Source: Epiperipatus broadwayi (taxonomy: Eukaryota; Animalia; Onychophora). Taken from it: a stretch of DNA of 64,000 bases. Made by a program: the position numbers and the translations under genes. Numbering within the stretch: position 1 is the stretch's first letter; each line of letters starts with the position of its first letter. Positions 38,890 to 50,740 of the stretch are shown here, piece after piece. The notes below the pieces were generated by a model. That model saw only the letters and a program-made list of their open reading frames with translations. It had not been told where the DNA came from and did not search any database. The stretch spans positions 8,990,001 through 9,054,000 of the forward strand of contig JAQFVV010000003.1 of assembly GCA_028023455.1 (NCBI GenBank). Direction: 5' to 3'.

Positions 38890-39490
38890 AATATGATTTC
38901 TTATTTTAAATATTGAAACTACCAATTGATCATATGATCATCTGTTACCTATACTCACTTCTCACCAATCACTTTTTGCTTTGGAGAAGGGGATTCACAA
39001 AGATTAATCCACAGTGCCAATTATGCCAGATGATGATGAAACGATCCAGCATCTCTTCTATTCTTGCTCCTTTCTAGCTCCACTTTGTATTTTCATTGCT
39101 AATAGTGTGTCACCTGGAATAACAGATGTTTTTTGCATTAGCAAATCCATAGAAAATGGCACCTTTTCCATTATCAGACTTTCCATTTTTCTTCATTTTG
39201 CAGTTTGGCTTACCAAATGTGAGCTAATTTTTTCCCAAACCAATCACGACAGCTGTCATGTTTTCACAGAATTGATCTCTAAAATTAGGAATAGAGACCA
39301 ACTTCTGGCTCCAGACCTTTTGTTCCAGGAAACCTGGACAAGAATTAGCCTCAGACAGAAGGCATTCGTAGCATAAGACTATAACTACACCCTTGTGTGA
39401 ACATTAACAAACTACTCAATTTACCATTTTACAATTTTGTTGTATTTTTATTTTTAAGAATAAAATTTTCCTTTTTAATAAAAAAAAAAA
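38890..39490 (+). mobile_element. 3' fragment of an L1/Tx1-clade LINE with zinc knuckle and poly(A)
   Basis: WRRGFTKINPQCQLCQ, then a frameshift to DDETIQHLFYSC..AVWLTKCELIF; AATAAA and an A run ending at 39490; possible 9-bp TSD cacatttta (38881-38889, 39494-39502). Confidence 0.8.
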
Positions 39491-40811
39491 GACCACATTT
39501 TATTAGTTAAGCAAACCATTCTTTCCCTCTGAAATGATCATAAAATATAAAATAGCTTATTCTTAAATAAAATCAGGAATTTCTATGTATAGAAAATGAT
39601 ATGTTTAGATGGTTTTAATCAAGTTAAGAAATGTTTTTTTTTCTGAAATATGTTTTTTAATCACTGAAATTCATCTATATTTTCCATCCAATACCCCAAC
39701 TAATCTATTATTACTGAATCATTCATTTTGTTAGCATTGAAACATTCTCTTTTTTATCCTATCCCATTTTAACAAAAGTTATATCTAATATTCTTTTATC
39801 ATATTTTTCATCTTTGTCATAAAGATCTAACAAAAATGTCAGCCATTTTCAATCTTCTCACCTTTACGTTTCTCCCTTTCCTCATATGCCTTATTCTACT
39901 CCTTTTTCAACACCTAGCATTCTAAAAATAAATATATATTTTTTCAGTTTATAATTCAAATTCTTATCCATTTTTGTCTCTTTTCCTTAATATTTCAAGT
40001 CTGTGGTGAAGTGATTTATGCCACTGTATGCTGATTTTCTTATCTTAAAATAAAATAAAGTACACCATTTTAATATTTATATTATTTTTATTTAATTTGC
40101 AGTCATTTATTTGGAAATTTTCTAACAAAATGCATAAATGATCAAAGTGCTGCTATTTTTTTAAAAAACAAGAATCTTTTGAACTTTGGGAACATTAACA
40201 GAATGCTAATTATTGCAAATAAAGCATTACTTGCAATTAACATCATAAACAGAAATTAGTCTTGAACTTTAGTTGGCACCACCATTAATTGATTATAGAT
40301 GACTCTAGAATAGAGTGATAAGAACTGTTTACTGCTCTTAAAGTAATCAGAGCTGCTTCTATAGTTGAGACAATTACCCAAATTACAATAGGTGCTAAAA
40401 ATGGAATATAATATTAAAAAAAAAAAAACATTTTTTAAAAAAAAAATCAGTAGAAAAAAATACTTAAATAAAATTTAAGAGGCTGGTGGCCAGGGATATT
40501 TTTAATAAGAAAAATACTCTCCCCCTTTTAACCTGAATTGTTTAATTCTTCAAATGAATTTTTCATTCATTCTTAAAATTTTTCTGAACTATCATTTAAT
40601 GAAACAATCATACATTACTAGAAATATAAACAAAACTGTTAGGATCATGTCTTTTTTTTTTTTTATCTTGGTTAATAGAATGGAATAAAATCCAGAAATT
40701 ATAAAATGGATAAAGTTCTTAGAACATTATTAAAAAATAAACTATAAAATGTAGCTGTTGTCATATCATTATTTTTCTAAAGTTTGGAAAAGATATACCA
40801 TACTCCATATA

Positions 40812-41348
40812 TATATTTATAATCCTTTGAGTTATTTTTTACTTGATAAATTTTTTCTAAGAGCATTTTTAGAGAAGTAGTCATTAGTATTGTCCATCCC
40901 ATCTGCCACTATTGTTAAGCATAGGACTCTAGTAATTTTAGCTTTACCCCAAACAATAAAGTGTCTTGTGAATCAAAAATCTCAAATTAAAACATTACTT
41001 ATAATGCGCAACTTATGACAGGAATTTTACTCATAATGACAAATTCAAAATATATAATAAGTATTAAAAATTCAATTAACATATAAATCTTGAAAATTTA
41101 AAAAAGTGATAATTAAAGAAAAAATATTTTAATAAGCATATTGTTAATAAAAAATACTAAACTGTGTTTAATAAATACTTTTCAGTTAGTATGGTTTTTT
41201 TTTAAAAAAATTATTTTACATTTTACAATAATTTGCAACTTGATATTTCATTGAATTATAATTCATTAAATTAAAATGAAATATGTACAAAAAATAAAAT
41301 ATATATATTAAAATTTATTTTTGGTACATTATGTTCTGTTATCAATAC
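40812..41348 (+). repeat. Left ~540-bp direct repeat (a)
   Basis: Co-linear with 46441-46993 from tttataatcctttga to atgttctg..tca(a/g)tac. Confidence 0.9.
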
Positions 41349-42929
41349 CATGCCAACATTACATGATTGTATTTTCAAAACTATAATGTTAGATATTTAT
41401 TTAATTAATATTCTCTTTCATTAAACAGAAACTATGTTGAATTTGTTGTGGAGATGATCCCAAAAGAATTATAAAATGCAGTTAAGTGTTGATATGTAAA
41501 TCAACTGAAAATATATTGTAATGAGATAGAATTTTTATCTCATTCTCTCTCTCACTCTTCTTTGAAGCAGAAAAAGGAAAGCAAAGAATTAACTATTTAA
41601 TAATCATTTTTATATGTAAGAAGTGGACATTATTGTTTTTATTATTTACTTATAATAATGGAAAGATTCATTGTGCTAAGATTTATATGGAAAATGAAGT
41701 ACTAAGTTAAGGTAAATAGCTCATTATTTCCAACCCTGTTGCAATCGTCTAATCAAAATTCCATTTCCATTTATTTTAAGACTACTATTGACGAATGGAA
41801 CTTTGTAAATAGATAATTAAAGAAGAAATAAAGATATGAATGCCTTATATAATTACTTTTAGCTTTTTATTTAATGATTTTGAAAAGAGGAAAAAAATGT
41901 TGAAGAGAAAGAAAAGTTTTTCAGATAATGGTAAGATATTTTAAAGTCAGAATTTATTCATGCTTTAATACTGTTTTAATGAATATTCAAGATAAGTGCA
42001 GGAAAAGAATGTTTATGAACTTTTAAAGGATGAAAACTATTTTCAAATTTGTTACATATGATATTATTTTCTTGTGCATAAAAGAATGATGGAAATATAA
42101 TATTGGAACTTCTTTGGTGTATAGACTACATTACATTCTGTAATAAGTATTTAAAATTATTTCCAGAAAAGCTATCTTATAAACAAATAAAGACAATTCT
42201 TTTGTATGTGAAAATTTATAATGTGAAATTATAAAGAAAGAAAGCATTCAAACTTTTATTGCAATATTTGAAGCAAAAAGTGCTTAAGAATTCTAGTGAT
42301 TTATTATTGTACTTATTAATTGATTTATTATTTTATTTTTCTCATTAATAAATTGCTTTTATTTACAAACTTATTAATTATTATTTCATACCTTCACTAC
42401 AATAATAATGGAATAAAAATATTTTGTTATTTCTTGAAAAACATGTATATTGTGCACAGTTTATATATAACCCTTGCTAATAAAATAAAGTAATAAGTAT
42501 TACACACACAACCTGTCCCCACAGCTCCAAGAACATGCTCTCCTAAGTGTTATAATGGGAGGGTATGGTAACCAACTAAATCAATATTGCAAAGAAGTAT
42601 GAATTTTAGATAAATAATTCTTAATGTCATATTATTTTGCTTGTATACTCTACTGCTAAGAACAAAGTTATCATTACATAATTAATGCATGACATGCTGA
42701 CATTGAACATTTTGTTCTACTGCTGGTGAATGATGGTTTCTGTGCATGGATAATGCCAATGACATTGTGGCATTGAACATTTTGTTCTACTGTTAGTGAA
42801 TGTTGGTGTCTATATGTAAAATTAGCATCATTAACATTAAAAACCTTGAATATTTTATTCTCAAAAAAGAATATTGAATTGAAAAATTGCTAAAAAAAAT
42901 TAGATCAAGACTAATGTTGACAAGGTTAA

Positions 42930-44370
42930 AGAAGAAAAATAATGAACAACAAATAAGTATGGAGTTGCTTAATACTGGAGAAGTCAACCAATGGAGACTG
43001 AAATGGTGATAGAAGAGGAGAGCTTGGATATGTAAGTGCCTGAGAAGCAAAAACCAGCAGCAGCCATACTCACATTGGAAATGTTTCTAGCAGTATTGAA
43101 ACAAATGAAAGAAGATAATGATAGAAGAAATAAACAAATGAGAGAATGAATTAAAAAGATAAGGATAGAAGAGATAATAAAATGAAAGAAGATAATGGTA
43201 GAAGAGATCATCAAATGAAAGAAGAAATGATGGCAGCAATAAATAATAAAATGGATAGAAATCAGATGAAATAAATAACAAAATTGACAAAAATCACGAA
43301 TAAATGAAAGAAGCTTATATTCAAATTACAGAAGGAATGTAAGAAAAATTACTGGGAGTAGAAAATAGTATAATCACTCTGAAAGAAGAGATGATAAAGC
43401 AAGTAGTTGAACATGTCCAGGAAAAGATGAAGATTATAGAAAAAATTTCAGTAGGTGTTCAGAATATGGTCCACAAAGCTGTTAGAACCTACCAAGATGA
43501 TGTTCAAGAAACAATATTAAGCCTAGGAGAAAGATAGAAGCTGGATATGAAAGATAAAAAAAAGATAAGGACCTTTTTAAAGGAGGATGTTTCATTTCAA
43601 GAAATGGTTGTCACTGTAAATGACATCAAAACAGATTATAATAGATTGAAAGAGACTGTGCAACAATACAAAGAAGAAAATCAAAGAAATACTTTGAACA
43701 AAATGGTTCCAGGAAAGCAACATGATTCAGTAGTTGGGAGCCAACATGGATTTGGCAAAAATATAAAAAGTATCAATCAATTTTTGAAAATTGAAACAGA
43801 GGCAATGCAGGAGAGATGCCAACTGAGTTGAGTATTTAGATAGTTTAGAAGGCTATTTTAAGCAGAATCTGCTAATTAAAAAAGAACAAGTAGCCATTGC
43901 TAATAAGCAAAGTGATTACTTATCCAGAATTAAAAAAAACAAATTGACCTGATCATGCAAAAGAAGTTTTGGATCAAATGGCATAAAACCTCTACACAAT
44001 TCTTTAGAAGACTGATTGCCAGATTATGAACATTGTCTGCATGTGGGATAACTAAAAGTCAAATAATCAGGATAACAATGCACAATTTACTCTTTCAGGA
44101 TTGAGAAAATGGTAATTAGAACTGTCAGAAAGACTTAAAGAGGTGGCTGATTTCTTGAATGCTATGGATAATGAGTTACAACAATCAGAATGATGAAAGC
44201 AAACTTTCTACAGTAGCCCAATTACCATTTAAGAAATGTGATACATCCACTGGTAGCATGAAGATTGATTACAATCCAAGAGACCAATATTTTAGAAATC
44301 AGCAAAGAAACAAAAGAAATTATGAAAATAATGGAGGAACTGAAGTGACCATGCTCAAGCATTCAGTCTG
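42930..44370 (+). pseudogene. Gag-like ORF relic with E/K/M-rich coiled-coil N-terminus
   Basis: MLTRLKKK..MKEDNDRR..MKEEMMAAINNKMD.. and YLDSLEGYFKQN; many stops and frameshifts. Confidence 0.55.
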
Positions 44371-45278
44371 AGTCACTTATAAAAGTTTCTAAGAAAAAAA
44401 TCAGAATTTTTATCTCCCATTCAAGGTGCAAGTGGGACACCTACCAAAAAGGAAAAAAACAGATAAAAAGAGCCAGACCCAAAGAGAAGGAATTTTATGT
44501 TAGCCAAAGCATCTAATAAGATTCAAGATGAGGAAAAAAACTGAAGTGAAATACAAAAGGTTACCAACTCCATCCCCACTTAGAGCTTATTTTTGAAGGT
44601 GTGAAAACTGATATAAAGAAAAGTCAATGATGGCTTGCTCCCTCATGACTTAAGATTCATTTAAGAATTAATGATTTTGAAGAGAAAACATCATATAATG
44701 TTTTTTTAAAATAAAGAAATATAAAATTATTATTAAATGGTATTGTGATTGGAGAAAAGAACTGGAATGTTTCCAGCCCCATTATCTCTTCTTGGAGAGA
44801 GGGGAGGTGTAGTGATGATATTGACCATGCCAATGTTACATTATTGTATTTTCAAAAATGTAATGTGAGATATTCACTTAATTAATGACCACTTTCATTA
44901 AAGATAAAATATATTGAATTTGTTGTGGAGATGATACCAAAAGAAATTATAAAATACAGTTAAAGTGTTTTTATGTAAATTAACTGAAAAAATATTGTAA
45001 GAGATAGATTTTTTCTCATTCTCCTATTCTTCTTTGAAACAGAAAAAAGAAAGCAAAATGAATTAGCTATTTAATAATCCTTTTTATACATAAAAAGTGA
45101 AAATTATTGTTTTTCATTATTCACTTATAGTGATGGAAAGATTCATTGTATTAAGGTTTATATGGAAAATGAAGTACTAAGTTAAAGTAAATAACTCATT
45201 ATTTCTAACCCTGGTGCAATTGTCTAATCAACATTCCTTCTCCATTCATTTTAAGACTACTATTGGTGAATGGAACTT

Positions 45279-45530
45279 AAATTTAAATTTAAAGTGACTA
45301 TTATGTAGTCACGCCTTCATTACAACTACTTCAGATTTGCTCATTTATAAACATTTGAGTCGTAAGAGTAAGAGGATTCCTTTTTACTCTTATACAAATA
45401 CTATATCATGTGGTTGTTCGAAGGTATTCATTTATTAATAACATTCTCACAGCGTCTGCGCAATTAGCTTAACAGGCTGTCATTCTATTGTAATTATAAT
45501 CGCACGCAAGACATTATAAAAATAAATGTT
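45279..45530 (-). mobile_element. 252-bp young retroposon-like insertion in the 3' LTR with an 11-bp TSD
   Basis: Absent from the 5' LTR; flanked by gaatggaactt (45268-45278, 45531-45541); retains CpGs; the minus-strand end has a gtgacta-cataa-tagtcac hairpin followed by (TTTAAA)n. Confidence 0.85.
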
Positions 45531-46440
45531 TGAATGGAACTTTGTAAATGAATAATTAAAGAAGAAATAAGGATATGAATGCCTTATATAATTACTTTTA
45601 GTTTTCCATTTAATAATTTTGAAAAGAGTAAAAAAATATTGAAAAGAAAAAAGTTTTCCAGGTAGTGGTAAGACATTTTAAAGTCAGAATTGTTTATGCT
45701 TTAATACTATTTTGTTATTTATGAATATTCAAGATAAGGACAGGAAAAGAATGTTTATGAACTTTTAAAGAAAGATTATAAAGACCAAAAACTATTTTCA
45801 TATTTTTGTATGCATAGAAGAATGATAAAAATATAATAGTGGAACTTGAATTGTTTGGAGTATAAACTGTATTATATTCTATGATAATCAAGTATTTAAA
45901 ATTAATTCCAGAAAAGCTGTCCAGAAATAAATAAAGATAATTTTTTGTACATGAAAAGTTATAACATGAAATTGTAAAGAAAGAAAGCATTCCAACTTTT
46001 ATTGTAATCTTTGAAACAAAAATACTCAAGAAAGGAAATTCCTGGAGAAGATTCTAATAATTTATTATTGTGCTTATTAATTGATTTGCTATTTTATTTT
46101 TTTCTTAATAATTTGCTTTTATTTACAAATTTATTAATTATTATTTCATACCTTCACTACAATAATAATGAAATACAAATATTTTATTTCTTGAAAAAAA
46201 ACACAAATTTCATACAGCATATATATAATATGTGTTAATAAAATAAAGTAATAAATATACATACAACCCTTAGATACCCCCCCTACATAGTTCTAAAAAT
46301 ATGCTCTTTTATGTATTACACCTGGAGTGTATAATAGTCAAGTAAATGAATATTTATAAAAAGTATAAGTTCTACATAAATAATTCTTCATATTATTTTT
46401 CTTGTATATTCTACTGCTAATAACAAAGTTACCATTACAA

Positions 46441-46993
46441 TGTGTACATTTTTATAATCCTTTGAATTATTTTTCAATTGATAAATTTTTTTAAGAGCAT
46501 TTTTAGAGAAGTAGCTATTAGTATTGCCCATCCAATCTGCCAATATTGTTAAGCATAGGACTCTAGTAATTTTAGCTTTACCTCAAACTGTAAAGGGTCT
46601 TGTGAATCAAAAATCTCTTATTAAAAATCACTTATAATGCTCAACTTATGACAGGAAATTTTACTCATAATGACAAATTCAAAATATATAATAAGCATTA
46701 AAATTACAATTAGTATATAAATCTTGAAAATTTTAAAAAGTAATAATTAAAGAAAAATATTTTAATAAGCATATTGTTAATAAAAAAATACTAAATTGTG
46801 TTTAATAAATACTTTTCAGTTATTATGACATTTTTTTTAAAAAAAATAATTTTACATTTTACAGTAATTTGCAACTTTGGATGAGGTTGATATTTCATTA
46901 AATCATAATTCAGTAAATTAAAATAAAGTATGTACAAGAAAATAAAATATATAATAGTTTATTTTTTGTGCATTATGTTCTGATTTCAGTACA
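46441..46993 (+). repeat. Right ~550-bp direct repeat (a')
   Basis: Homologous to 40812-41348; begins immediately after the 3' LTR. Confidence 0.9.
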
Positions 46994-47067
46994 ATTCTTT
47001 TTTTTTTTTTTGCAAATAATTTTTTTTTATCTAGAAAAAATATAAAATATTGCTAGAAAAGTTTTAA

Positions 47068-47370
47068 CCCTTTTCCCGCCTCTTACGAAGCTCCTCGTCG
47101 ACATCTGACGTCACTCTAACTCTGCCAGTTCTTATGCTAAAATATTCGTTAGATAGGTATTGAATAGGTTTTTAAAAGTTCTGTAAGATGGTGCCCTCTT
47201 CCGAATTATTTTACAAGTAAAAAATAAAAAAGAACGCATTTAAACCTAAACAAAGAAAGAACATTACTTGTGATTGGTTCTTAGCATGCTCTCAGCCGAA
47301 AAAGACATTCTGATTGGCTGGAAAGAACAAAGAAACCGCCTGATCAAAGAAAATAAAGAAAAACGCTGAG
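47068..47370. promoter_or_regulatory. Putative CpG-rich promoter (direction unresolved)
   Basis: CCCGCC 47075-47080, CRE TGACGTCA 47106-47113, AAGATGG 47185-47191, CTTCCG near 47198, two TGATTGG boxes at 47271 and 47311; ~16 CpGs in 620 bp. Confidence 0.6.
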
Positions 47371-50300
47371 ATTTTCATTTCGAATATGATTTAAATTATT
47401 ATAAAAGAATATTTTGAGAAATTAAAATTATTTTCAGAGAGAATACTAAAAAAACAAAATTATTTTTGAAAAATATTGAAGATTTTAGTAAAAATATTTA
47501 AGATTTAGTAAAAAGAAATATTTACTTTTCTATAACATAAAAGTCGACCTTTTTGTTTATATTATAGCTTTTATGTTGCCGAAATTGAATATTTTAGAAT
47601 AAATAAATAGCAATTTATTTTTGAAAGAACTTTCGTTCTCTTCATAACCTGAAAAATTAGTAATATACTTTTTATAAACGTATCTGAGTTGAATTTAATA
47701 TTATAGGTGAATATGTTTTAACAATAGGTTTTGTCTTCAGTTTGTGAGTTGGCCAATTAAAATATTTGATTTTTACCTCATACAACCAATAATATAATTA
47801 GTGGTTTAAGGGTTAAATGAAGATTAGTTAAATAAAAATTTGTTTTTAGATAATGTAAACCTTTTAGATTTAGTTTCAGTACAATTTAATTCTCCCTCTC
47901 TCTATATATATAATTTTGTGTCCCATAAAATGTGTAATTTTTATTATGGAGAAGATTGTTTATATTTAGGATGAAAACTATCTTTGCTTTTGGTATGTCA
48001 GAAATGCTATTACGGACTGCAATGTGAAAATACTGAATAAAAGTTATATAAATCATATTTTTCTTTTATTATAATTTTAATTTTTTATTATATATTATTT
48101 AAGTTTGTATTTACTTACATAATAAATAAATCTTCTATAATACTTTTTTATTTTTGATATGAAACTTGTGAAAATAACATTGTTCTATTAATGGCAACTA
48201 TTTAGGAGCTTATAGTTTTCTAAAATGGTGGACAATAAAGCAAAAAAAAAAGGATTTTGGTTAAAGTTCATTATAATAACTATTTGATTGCTTATTGGGA
48301 ATAAATTGAAGAATATCATTATAGTAAATCCTTATATGTGGGGATAAGATGTAAAGTAATAAAAATTCACAAATACATTTCCAATGTATATATAAAACAC
48401 TTGCAATAAAAGAACTTAATATTGAAATTCCTTTGAGTGTGTATTTGTAAAAATTTATATATATAAAGCTAAAATTTAAACTAGGATACTCTAATAGAAA
48501 ATTATTAATTTTTTTATATTACAAAACATTAACAAATTGACAAACTATTTCACATTAAATTTATTCTAAAATATTACCCACAATCTAATTTAATATTCAA
48601 CTATAATGAAAATATTTTTCAAGTTGATAAGTTATGAAATCATATTTTGGAGAATATTTTATATAAATATAATATGAGCAATTATTTATTTGTTTATTAA
48701 TTTGCTAAGATTGGAAAGTAGAATAAAATCAAACAATATTTTTATGAGGTTTTGATTTGGTAAAATAATCTTATAAATAATTGTTTGTGATTTATATATA
48801 TGTCTGTATTTATCCAATATATTTATATACACATAGATACATTATTTTAGAATATTAATATCACCCTTAAGATGTATGTTTATTTGTTTGATTATTGTTT
48901 AAAATTCAATATCAACATGGAAAAACTCACTCCCCAAACCCTATCTTGATTTGACAAATATTTTTACTCTTTTTATAAACAAAAGAAAAAAAACACTTTA
49001 AATAACATGGAAGAATATACAAATCAGGTAAAATTTATATGGGCCCTGTTGTTGACATAACTAGGAATAAATTTTTACTAATGAATATTAGTTTTTATAT
49101 AATGTTTGAAAAGTGGTTTTCATATTTTTTTCTTTCTGAACAACAAAAAAAGAGCAACAAATTGAATAGGCAATTCAATTTTATTAGTGGAAAATTTTAA
49201 CCAAATATAGATCCTGCATTATTTAATGTAGTCCTAGATTCTGGTCTAATGCAGTCATTTGTAGTGCCATAACTTCTAATGAACTCCCAAATTAAAAATT
49301 GTTCAGTTATTTTTTTAAAATCATATATGTGTGCATAATTGTACATTTTTTAAAGTCTCTACTGCTCTTTAAAATCATGTTTATATTCTCCTTGAAATGT
49401 ATATTTATTTGTTTTGAAATACGCTATATAATAAAACTCATTAAATATTTTGGGAATGCATTAACTGCAGGAATTGAGATATTTCCACAATTCTTTCAAC
49501 TTCACTTCCAAGTTTTACTTCTAAAGCTCACTGTTCAGGGATTATAAGAAATTTTATTGTTTCTGGTGGTGTATTTTTATTCTTACATTCCTAATTCTAT
49601 GCAAAGCATTTATATAACATTTATTCTAATGTCGGGTTTTTGTGCTGATAAAAATATAATACTTCTTTCATCAGGGGTGAAATTGCACCACATTACCCAT
49701 ATTTAATTGTACAGTTAGTGCATTGATACAGATTTTCACCATCTATCTAATTTTAGCTAGATATCTATTTATTCACTATGAGTCAGTTACATAAATATAA
49801 TCTGATCTAGATTCAAATTCCTGGTATTAAGAATAATCAGTGGATGTATTAACTATTATGCTCACTACAAAGCTTTAAATGCTGTTTAAGCTCTCATTAT
49901 TTGTAATGTTATTAAAAATGAATTACATATCACTAACACAGTTAATTATAATAATGAAAATACTCATTATACAAAATTAAGTATTTAAGTTTAAGAATGT
50001 TGAAAAATGACAAATAAATTTAAAAATCAATGTTTATAATGTCATTATTAATTTAAAAATGACACAACACTTGAAGTCACGTCTAATCTATATCAGAAAA
50101 GCTTTTTTATTATTATTGAAAAAACTTTATTGCATATTAAGTGTAATTTTATTATTCTTATCTTTCGAAGAAATTGACATATAATTATATTTTTATAATA
50201 AATAAACATGAATTATTAATAGAAAAAAATACTTTTGTTTAAATTTTAAGATTTGAAATTAAGCTATTATTTTTAATCATATATAAATAAACTAAAATTA

Positions 50301-50688
50301 ATATATAGAAAATTTTCTATCATAATTAAAAACAAAAGACATCTATATAAATTTATTTCTTCTAAGAATTATTCGGGATAGAAACTTTTTTTTATCAAAA
50401 TAGCATGTGGAAAAATCTTCTATGTAACTGCATTTCAAAAATACTAATTTATCTACAACAAGAAACGAAGATATATTTCATCTTGACAATTATAAATGTG
50501 GAACTTTTAAGTTTAACAGTATTATATCTTTATAAGGAACATGTTAATGATACTGATATATTCTCTTCAGATTTAAATACTTTCATGGATAGATTAATTA
50601 TTTATGAAATATATGTAATTATATAATATCTAATAATTTCATTAAATTATCTTTTTTACAGTTAAAATATTAGTAAATTAAATAATAA

Positions 50689-50689
<1 letters not shown>

Positions 50690-50720
<31 letters not shown>

Positions 50721-50740
50721 CATCATCATCATCATCATCA
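50690..50740. repeat. (ATT)n(CAT)n microsatellite
   Basis: Read directly. Confidence 0.95.

Larger units (their letters stand above)
41348..46439 (+). mobile_element. Non-autonomous LTR retrotransposon: LTR - gag-like coiled-coil relic - PPT - LTR, no recognisable pol
   Basis: Direct repeats 41348-42678 and 44808-46439; 3' LTR starts TGTAGTGAT and ends ACCATTACA; PPT ggagagaggggagg at 44794-44807. Confidence 0.85.

Noticed and set aside
45453-45461. 9-mer CGTCTGCGC shared with the 13.8-kb element core
   Set aside because: No flanking similarity; too short to claim a relationship.
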